From a virus (lineage: Duplodnaviria > Caudoviricetes): a stretch of 63,429 bases of DNA. The notes beneath the pieces are model-generated. The model did no database searches, had not been told where the DNA came from, and saw nothing but the letters and a program-made list of their open reading frames with translations. The DNA is taken from IMG/VR virus record IMGVR_UViG_3300046804_004277, positions 1 through 63,429 of that record; one strand, given 5' to 3'. A program made the position numbers and the translations under genes. Each line of letters starts with the position of its first letter. Positions within the stretch are counted from its first letter, which is position 1. This document shows, one piece after another, positions 58,367-63,429 of this stretch.

Positions 58367-58591
58367 TCAGTACCCCAGCCAGACCAGGAACTCACCGCAG
58401 TCGATCCGCTCTCCTTCCAGGTGCCCATAGTCGGCGGCGAAGTCGGAGAGGCAGGAGTGCATGGCGGCAGACTCCAGAGCGATGTGCCAGGCGATGGTGT
58501 CGTTGGCGGGGTGAGAGCAATCCCAGAGGATGTCGGAGAAGGTCGTGCCAGGGGCGTACACGTTCAGGCAGTCGCGGAGGGCGGTGGTCAT
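58367..58591 (-). CDS. Small acidic early hypothetical protein
   Basis: ORF track; TG-c-TACAAT promoter just upstream. Confidence 0.7.
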   Translation of the reverse strand: MTTALRDCLNVYAPGTTFSDILWDCSHPANDTIAWHIALESAAMHSCLSDFAADYGHLEGERIDCGEFLVWLGY

Positions 58592-58627
58592 GAGGTCCGT
58601 TGCGGATGAGAGAATTGTAGCACGGGG

Positions 58628-58807
58628 TCAGCGCCACTCCAGGAAGGTGGCAGGGTTGCCGTAGTCCCCAATCACGACCCCATTGCAGCGGACCTCAGCG
58701 TACCCATACTCCTCAGAGAGGGAGTAGCACAAATCCCAGGCACGGTCCTCATCAGTGGTCGTGTTCTCCCAGGGGGCGGAGGGGCAGATAACGTCGTAGC
58801 GGGTCAT
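58628..58807 (-). CDS. Small early hypothetical protein (59 aa), not in ORF track
   Basis: MTRYDVICPSAPWENTTTDEDRAWDLCYSLSEEYGYAEVRCNGVVIGDYGNPATFLEWR. Confidence 0.7.
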   Translation of the reverse strand: MTRYDVICPSAPWENTTTDEDRAWDLCYSLSEEYGYAEVRCNGVVIGDYGNPATFLEWR

Positions 58808-58832
58808 GAGTCGTTTCGTTTGGTATGGGTTA

Positions 58833-58893
58833 ATCCTACAGCAAACCCCCCACCGAATCGGCAGGGGGTTGTGGCGGTTTTTAGATTGTCACC
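58833..58893 (-). promoter_or_regulatory. Promoter module (dyad 58870-58893; -10 TAGGAT)
   Basis: TGTGGCGG-tttttaga-TTGTCACC; aacccc/ggggtt stem. Confidence 0.65.
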
Positions 58894-59026
58894 AGATGAT
58901 GGGGGTTCCTTCGGCATCGGTGACGGTTCCCGCTTTCAGGTCGTCAGCGATAGAGTCCAGGATGCTCAGCAGTTCGGCGCCAGTGGAGGCACGGTTCAGC
59001 AGAGCGGTTGCAAGGTCAAGAGTCAT
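58889..59026 (-). CDS. Small early hypothetical protein (45 aa), not in ORF track
   Basis: MTLDLATALLNRASTGAELLSILDSIADDLKAGTVTDAEGTPIIW. Confidence 0.65.
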   Translation of the reverse strand: MTLDLATALLNRASTGAELLSILDSIADDLKAGTVTDAEGTPIIW

Positions 59027-59063
59027 GGTAGGATTGTGAGTTGGAATGAAAGGGGGAAAGGGG

Positions 59064-59198
59064 TCAGGGTGCCACGTGGGCAGGAGTGCCGCAGGAGCGG
59101 TAGAAGTCTACCATGCGCTCTGCCTCCTGAATGGTGGGGAACCACTGCTCACGCCAGACCTGAGCATAGGGAGCGAAGTAACGGATGCAGGTTCGCAT
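59064..59198 (-). CDS. Small early hypothetical protein (44 aa)
   Basis: Probable start MRTCIRYFAP; TG-c-TACAAT upstream. Confidence 0.65.
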   Translation of the reverse strand: MRTCIRYFAPYAQVWREQWFPTIQEAERMVDFYRSCGTPAHVAP

Positions 59199-59235
59199 GG
59201 GATGAGAGCGGGTGAACTGAGAGAATTGTAGCAGG

Positions 59236-59400
59236 TCAGGCGGCAATTAGAACGTCGTCCTCCCAGCGGGCAAATTCCAGAATCTCATCATAGGCGGCAT
59301 CGATGGCACGGCAGGCATCTGCTTTCAGGATGGCATTGCGGCACTGGGCAGCAATCTCATCAATGTTCAGAGCGCGGTCGGTGTCGGGGTTGTAGCGCAT
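59236..59400 (-). CDS. Small early hypothetical protein (54 aa), not in ORF track
   Basis: MRYNPDTDRALNIDEIAAQCRNAILKADACRAIDAAYDEILEFARWEDDVLIAA. Confidence 0.65.
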   Translation of the reverse strand: MRYNPDTDRALNIDEIAAQCRNAILKADACRAIDAAYDEILEFARWEDDVLIAA

Positions 59401-59424
59401 GGGGTTGGTTGCGTTTGCTTTGGT

Positions 59425-59484
59425 AGTGTAGGGCAGTCTTTAGGGCGCTGCCGTTCCCAGTGTGCCAGTTAATCAGGCGGTTGC
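59425..59484 (-). promoter_or_regulatory. Promoter module (dyad 59461-59484, one arm degenerate; -10 TACACT)
   Basis: TGTGCCAG-ttaatcag-GCGGTTGC; ggcag/ctgcc stem. Confidence 0.6.
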
Positions 59485-59655
59485 CAGAGCGGATTCCAGG
59501 CACACCTCCCGCAGTTCCAGCAGGGCATAATCGTAGAACCCCTGCTGGAGTTCGTGCTGGTATGCCTCAGCGGTGGACTTGCAATCGAACAGGCGGAGGG
59601 ATTCGAAGTCGGTGCCCTCATAATCCCAACCGCCAATCACAGAGTAGACTTGCAT
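59473..59655 (-). CDS. Small early hypothetical protein
   Basis: ORF track; own promoter module. Confidence 0.7.
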   Translation of the reverse strand: MQVYSVIGGWDYEGTDFESLRLFDCKSTAEAYQHELQQGFYDYALLELREVCLESALATA

Positions 59656-59681
59656 CGTTCGGGTCCGTTTGGTATGAGACT

Positions 59682-59741
59682 ATTGTAAGGGGTCAGGTGA
59701 GGGGTTGGTGCCCCCCGTGTGCCAGTGCCTCAATCGGCATA
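59682..59741 (-). promoter_or_regulatory. Promoter module (dyad 59718-59741; -10 TACAAT)
   Basis: TGTGCCAG-tgcctcaa-TCGGCATA. Confidence 0.7.
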
Positions 59742-59906
59742 GAGGGATTGAAAGTCCTCCACAAACTCCCGTGCCTCATCACCAGAGAGGCGGGAGACCA
59801 TCTCAAGGGCAACGGTCTCCCAGGAGTAGAGGTCTGCCAGGTCACAGATGGCAGCACGTGCCTGGGAGGCGGAGAGTTCGGCGGCGTTGATTTGAGCGTA
59901 TGCCAT
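59730..59906 (-). CDS. Small acidic early protein (58 aa), not in ORF track
   Basis: MAYAQINAAELSASQARAAICDLADLYSWETVALEMVSRLSGDEAREFVEDFQSLYAD. Confidence 0.7.
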   Translation of the reverse strand: MAYAQINAAELSASQARAAICDLADLYSWETVALEMVSRLSGDEAREFVEDFQSLYAD

Positions 59907-59951
59907 GGGGTTGGTTTGTTTGGTATGGGATAATCCTACAGGGTCGGGGGG

Positions 59952-60191
59952 TCAGAAGGCAACCAACTGGTCCAGTTCCCATTGCGGCACAGTCTGAACG
60001 GTGCCGCCGCAGTTCTTCCGCAACCAGGCATTGATGTGCTTGGTGGTGGTGCTGCTCCACTTGTAGGCGGTGCGGACCCATCCCTTTCCAGGCACCAGAG
60101 CGGCAACAGGGGTGGAGTAGGAGAACAGGACCTCGGTTCCGTCTGCCAGGGAGACCTCGGTTTGGTTGCTGCCGATGGATTGGACTTTCAT
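59952..60191 (-). CDS. Conserved small phage early protein
   Basis: LFSYSTPVAA...WSSTTTKHINAW motif. Confidence 0.75.
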   Translation of the reverse strand: MKVQSIGSNQTEVSLADGTEVLFSYSTPVAALVPGKGWVRTAYKWSSTTTKHINAWLRKNCGGTVQTVPQWELDQLVAF

Positions 60192-60215
60192 GGTGGGGTC
60201 GTTTGGTATGAGACT

Positions 60216-60274
60216 ATTGTAAGGGGTCAGGGGGGCGCTGCTAGGAATGCTGTGCCACTCTGTCAGGTGTCACA
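60216..60274 (-). promoter_or_regulatory. Promoter module (dyad 60251-60274; -10 TACAAT)
   Basis: TGTGCCAC-tctgtcag-GTGTCACA. Confidence 0.75.
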
Positions 60275-60854
60275 GGACCTCCTTCCCGAACTTGCCGCAG
60301 AGGTAGAATGCCATTCCTTTATCTTTCAGGATGCAACCTGCAAAGGTCAAAGGAACATAGCGCCCATTGGTTTTAGATGCTTTGGTGCGGATTTGCAGCA
60401 GACCATTAGGACCCGTCACAGTGTTAAGTTCACTGCCAGCATCAAATGCACTACGGATGGCATCACAAATGAACTGATAATCCTCTGCCAATTCCTGATA
60501 GTGCTCAGGATGAGTTTCGGGATTCAGTACCTCGGTGCCCACATAATCATTGGCACGGGTGAAACCAACGTAGATGGTCTGAGAGAGTTTCTCACCGACC
60601 TTACTTTCAGAGAAGGTAACACCGTCTTCAATGATTTCAGAGAGGCAGTGCTTCAGTTGGGTGACAGCGATAGACTCACCAACCGTGAAGGTCTTAAGTT
60701 CACCATCCACCAAATCTTTCAGGTTGGAACTGTTAGGAATGCCCAGGGCGGTTTCAATCAGTTGCCCACGGGAACCTTTGTTCTTCCCAGGTTTGGCGAA
60801 TGCAGAGAAGTCGGTGACCTTCAGTTGGGCAGCGACTTGCAGAGTTTCAAGCAT
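60270..60854 (-). CDS. MutH/Sau3AI-family PD-(D/E)xK endonuclease
   Basis: NKGSRGQLIETALG...DL.DGELKT matches the MutH N-terminal catalytic pattern; LLQIRTKA. Confidence 0.8.
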   Translation of the reverse strand: MLETLQVAAQLKVTDFSAFAKPGKNKGSRGQLIETALGIPNSSNLKDLVDGELKTFTVGESIAVTQLKHCLSEIIEDGVTFSESKVGEKLSQTIYVGFTRANDYVGTEVLNPETHPEHYQELAEDYQFICDAIRSAFDAGSELNTVTGPNGLLQIRTKASKTNGRYVPLTFAGCILKDKGMAFYLCGKFGKEVL

Positions 60855-60876
60855 CGGGTGGGTTGCTGATGAGTGT

Positions 60877-60935
60877 ATTGTAGAGCATCAGGCAGACACC
60901 ACAAGGGGGTGTGTGCCACCTATTCAACTGGCACA
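60877..60935 (-). promoter_or_regulatory. Promoter module (dyad 60912-60935; -10 TACAAT)
   Basis: TGTGCCAC-ctattcaa-CTGGCACA. Confidence 0.75.
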
Positions 60936-61820
60936 CTGAAAGCGCCCAGCATTGAAATTGTGATAGGAAAAGACCTCACGATTGACCAGTTTGAACATAC
61001 CAAACTCATTGGTCATCACATAACCTTCGGCATCGATTCTCTCCTGCCCGATATAAGCAGCAGGACCATTGTTACGGCACAGATAGAGACAATCTGCCTT
61101 GATAGATTTCACCAGTGCCCACAATCCAAGCAGGTTCGAATCGCAGTCGAATTCGCTATTCACAACAGGGCGACCTTCGCGGATGCAGGCATTCAGTTGC
61201 TGTTTGATTTTTGCCGCTTCTTTGTTAGTCGCAAATGCCACGGTTTGTGCCATCTGACGGGCAAACTTGCAGACTTCCTCTACATCAGCAAACGACTCTT
61301 GATTGTGCAGGATGTATGCTTTGGGTTGCACAAACTTGACAGTTTCAGTATCAGTCCAGATGGCACGGTCAGGCATTGCTACTGCATCACGAAGGTCATT
61401 CTCAGCATAATAGCAAGTATGAGGAGCGATGATAATCTGCTGCTCAACTACCTCAGGGAACTGATAGGTGATAGTGTTGGGGGTGTATTCAGTCTCACCA
61501 CCAAATCCGATAAAATCCCCCTGATAAACGGTGTCTGTATGAGGAAGGCAATCAAAACAATGGTGAAGAATTTTTGCAACTTCACCTTGGTGGTTCTGAT
61601 CAATTTCCTCATGAGAATGATTGATTTTGATTTTAACTTTGTTGAAGACACTTTTGGTGCCTACAAAGAACTTACCAGTTGCAGGATTTGTTCCCCAGAC
61701 AATAGCAGGAGCACCATCAATCTTAACACTAATGTGCCCAGGATTGACGAACCAATCCAGTACAGAAAGGTCACCCGTGAGAATGGCATCTTCGGGGTGT
61801 TCGAGGTGGGTGTTTTTCAT
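60924..61820 (-). CDS. Conserved T4-like phage protein with covalent nucleotidyltransferase (ligase-like) motifs
   Basis: Probable start MKNTHLEHPED at 61820; KIDG (motif I), YQGD (III), EGYV (IV), FKLV (V). Confidence 0.7.
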   Translation of the reverse strand: MKNTHLEHPEDAILTGDLSVLDWFVNPGHISVKIDGAPAIVWGTNPATGKFFVGTKSVFNKVKIKINHSHEEIDQNHQGEVAKILHHCFDCLPHTDTVYQGDFIGFGGETEYTPNTITYQFPEVVEQQIIIAPHTCYYAENDLRDAVAMPDRAIWTDTETVKFVQPKAYILHNQESFADVEEVCKFARQMAQTVAFATNKEAAKIKQQLNACIREGRPVVNSEFDCDSNLLGLWALVKSIKADCLYLCRNNGPAAYIGQERIDAEGYVMTNEFGMFKLVNREVFSYHNFNAGRFQCAS

Positions 61821-61826
61821 ACTGTT

Positions 61827-61887
61827 AGTATGGCACGGAATCGGGGGGGTCTGCAAGGGGGTGTGTGCCAGTTCCTCAGCTGGCACC
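61827..61887 (-). promoter_or_regulatory. Promoter module (dyad 61864-61887; TG-c-CATACT -10), probably leaderless
   Basis: TGTGCCAG-ttcctcag-CTGGCACC; ATG lies 6 nt after the -10. Confidence 0.65.
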
Positions 61888-62064
61888 CTCCTCCAGCAGT
61901 TCGGGATTGTAATCTTCAACCTCTGTGATCAATTCTTCATCAGAATAGGAGGAGAGATTGTCTTTCAGAGTGTCATAAACCATACACTCCATTGTCTTAT
62001 AATCCATCCCCTCAATGATTTGTTGGATGTAATTTTCGATGAGTTGGTCGCGGTTGAATGTCAT
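61876..62064 (-). CDS. Small acidic early protein
   Basis: ORF track; ATGA-coupled to the upstream ORF. Confidence 0.75.
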   Translation of the reverse strand: MTFNRDQLIENYIQQIIEGMDYKTMECMVYDTLKDNLSSYSDEELITEVEDYNPELLEEGAS

Positions 62065-62186
62065 TTTCTCAGAGGAGATTTGTAATAGGAACGAAACACA
62101 CTCATCACAATAATGAGAGTGGAGATGACACCTACGAAACCCAGATAGGTTACAGCGTCACCAGTGAAAGTGTAAGATTCAGGCAT
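62061..62186 (-). CDS. Small single-pass membrane peptide (41 aa), not in ORF track
   Basis: MPESYTFTGDAVTYLGFVGVISTLIIVMSVFRSYYKSPLRK; coupled at both ends (TGATG, ATGA). Confidence 0.7.
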   Translation of the reverse strand: MPESYTFTGDAVTYLGFVGVISTLIIVMSVFRSYYKSPLRK

Positions 62187-62311
62187 CAGTAATCGTAGTT
62201 TGCGTTCAGGTACTCATTCACATCGAACTTTTCATCACGAAGTTCAGGAATGTCGAGGTCAAAGATTTCACCAGGCATATCCTGAATCTCAGACCAGAGT
62301 TCATCAAACAT
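62186..62311 (-). CDS. Very acidic peptide (41 aa), not in ORF track
   Basis: MFDELWSEIQDMPGEIFDLDIPELRDEKFDVNEYLNANYDY. Confidence 0.7.
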   Translation of the reverse strand: MFDELWSEIQDMPGEIFDLDIPELRDEKFDVNEYLNANYDY

Positions 62312-62335
62312 GGGGTGTCTCTCAGGAACGAATGT

Positions 62336-62394
62336 AATGTAACAGGGATCAGGAGCGTTTGGTGGTTTTCTGTGCCACTTTCACAACTGTCACA
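62336..62394 (-). promoter_or_regulatory. Promoter module (dyad 62371-62394; -10 TACATT)
   Basis: TGTGCCAC-tttcacaa-CTGTCACA. Confidence 0.75.
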
Positions 62395-62557
62395 CGTTGG
62401 TGGGATGGTTGACAATTTGATCTTCAATTTGATTCGCAAGTTCATTCATCCACTCACGATCTTCGTCCTCTTCGTATTGTGCATTGTCCCGCACAATTTG
62501 TAACAGGAAGTCGATTTGTTCGTCGGTGAAATGATACTCTTTGAGTGTTTCAGTCAT
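62390..62557 (-). CDS. Small acidic early protein (55 aa), not in ORF track
   Basis: MTETLKEYHFTDEQIDFLLQIVRDNAQYEEDEDREWMNELANQIEDQIVNHPTNV. Confidence 0.7.
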   Translation of the reverse strand: MTETLKEYHFTDEQIDFLLQIVRDNAQYEEDEDREWMNELANQIEDQIVNHPTNV

Positions 62558-62575
62558 TATCAATTAGAAGGAAAG

Positions 62576-62731
62576 TTAGTCATCATATTCACCAATAATA
62601 AATCCATCAATGAATCCAGCATCATAAGAGTTGCTATCACTGAAAAGTTTAATCTTCAGCAATTTAGCAATCAAAAAAGGTGTGCCAATAAAAATAGCAC
62701 CAGGAATGAGAATCGATAAAAGTGAAGTCAT
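62576..62731 (-). CDS. Small membrane-anchored protein
   Basis: Probable start MTSLLSILIPG; hydrophobic N-terminus. Confidence 0.6.
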   Translation of the reverse strand: MTSLLSILIPGAIFIGTPFLIAKLLKIKLFSDSNSYDAGFIDGFIIGEYDD

Positions 62732-62759
62732 TTTCTCAGGGGAGATTTGAACTGAAGTA

Positions 62760-62819
62760 ACAATAGAACGGATTGGGGGGAACCGCAACCCCCCTTGTGC
62801 CAGTTAATCAAGTGTCACA
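62760..62819 (-). promoter_or_regulatory. Promoter module (dyad 62796-62819; -10 TATTGT)
   Basis: TGTGCCAG-ttaatcaa-GTGTCACA; G6/C6 stem. Confidence 0.7.
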
Positions 62820-63203
62820 CAGTATACACACAGTATAAACGAACTGGCGACCAATTGCGTTACGAATGTCATTCAAAGCAGGCACGATCTTGTGGCGGTT
62901 GTTGTACACTACCACGGCACCTTCGAATGCAAGAATGCTCACGAAGATGATGCCAGCGATGATACGAATGGCAGCAGATTTCAGATGTTTGTGAAGATAA
63001 GTGCGATAGAACTTACCAACAATCAAACCAGCATTGTAGGTCTTTTGAATAGAATTCGCCAAAAAGTTCAGAGTCCAGAGAATAGCGGAAACGGTGAAGA
63101 TTTCAGAGGCAAAAGCATAAACTTTGGTGCCGTATGCTACGGCAGTGTTAACGAACTCGACGGCAGTTTCGATTGCAGTCAAAGCAGGAATTGCGAAAGT
63201 CAT
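62808..63203 (-). CDS. Membrane protein with two hydrophobic segments
   Basis: Probable start MTFAIPALT at 63203. Confidence 0.7.
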   Translation of the reverse strand: MTFAIPALTAIETAVEFVNTAVAYGTKVYAFASEIFTVSAILWTLNFLANSIQKTYNAGLIVGKFYRTYLHKHLKSAAIRIIAGIIFVSILAFEGAVVVYNNRHKIVPALNDIRNAIGRQFVYTVCILCDT

Positions 63204-63254
63204 TGTTGTTTGGTGGAGAGGGGGGAATGTAGAGAATTCCTCAACCACGAATCA

Positions 63255-63314
63255 AACATAACAGGGGGTGGGGGGCATTGCAACCCCCCTTGTGCCACTT
63301 TGCCAACTGTCACA
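63255..63314 (-). promoter_or_regulatory. Promoter module (dyad 63291-63314; -10 TATGTT)
   Basis: TGTGCCAC-tttgccaa-CTGTCACA; G/C stem. Confidence 0.7.
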
Positions 63315-63429
63315 CGAACTCTTGAATATAATAATCCAGAGGCAATTCGAGCTCCGCTGCTTTAGATTCCCATTCCGCCCATTCTTCGGGGGATGCATCA
63401 TTCAGGAAGTCTTCGAAAGTATAATCAAA
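63310..63429 (-). CDS. 3' end of a small acidic protein (start outside the window)
   Basis: ...FDYTFEDFLNDASPEEWAEWESKAAELELPLDYYIQEFV*. Confidence 0.65.
   Translation of the reverse strand, partial: FDYTFEDFLNDASPEEWAEWESKAAELELPLDYYIQEFV

Larger units (their letters stand above)
59666..60231. repeat. Exact 32-bp direct repeat (59666-59697 and 60200-60231) covering the -10 box and leader
   Basis: CGTTTGGTATGAGACTATTGTAAGGGGTCAGG occurs twice. Confidence 0.9.

Noticed and set aside
60251-60274. Dyad as a CRP site or sigma54 promoter
   Set aside because: CRP needs TGTGA-N6-TCACA, whereas the spacing here is N14. TGGCAC lacks a correctly spaced TTGC -12 element, and cyanobacteria lack sigma54.
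59982-61928. Long plus-strand ORFs (59982-60869, 60873-61928)
   Set aside because: They are antisense shadows of motif-bearing minus-strand genes, with no recognisable motifs or promoters.
58800-63314. Repeated dyads as a CRISPR array
   Set aside because: The repeats are degenerate, irregularly spaced (hundreds of bp) and separated by ORFs; no cas genes are present.
1-63429. tRNA/rRNA genes, reverse transcriptase or integrase
   Set aside because: No cloverleaf/T-loop pattern, RT motif or recombinase motif was recognised by eye; tRNAscan-SE and HMM searches would confirm.

Overview
This window is a 63-kb segment of a T4-like cyanophage genome (Kyanoviridae-type myovirus; the cyanobacterial host is inferred from cobS, speD, an NblA-like ORF and gene order). 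Essentially all real genes lie on the minus strand. In transcription order (right to left) it holds four blocks. (i) A GC-richer early region (about 58.1-63.4 kb) of tiny ORFs, most with their own promoter module, plus a MutH/Sau3AI-like nuclease and a ligase-motif protein. (ii) An AbrB-like ORF, a glycosyltransferase-like gene and speD. (iii) The virion module g25-g6-g7-g8-large structural protein-g13-g14-g15-g16-g17-g18-g19-g20-g21-g22-g23-g3. (iv) uvsY, uvsW, g55, an HNH endonuclease, g47, g46, a CobT-like peptidase/vWA gene and cobS. Main highlights: 12 copies of a 24-bp dyad (TGTGCCAS-N8-STGKCACA) at a fixed distance from a -10 box, each overlapping or abutting the upstream stop codon, which suggests shuffleable expression cassettes; a set of late genes with T4-type capsid-targeting-like motifs and Glu-cleavage-delimited modules (putative injected polyproteins, one with an RlpA-like domain); a terminase gene fractured by an atypically split intein and a GIY-YIG endonuclease, with a wobble-degenerate copy of the intein insertion site at the split point; and an RBS-sequestering hairpin with a late promoter in its loop upstream of the HNH gene. 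All calls come from manual motif reading; no database searches were run.
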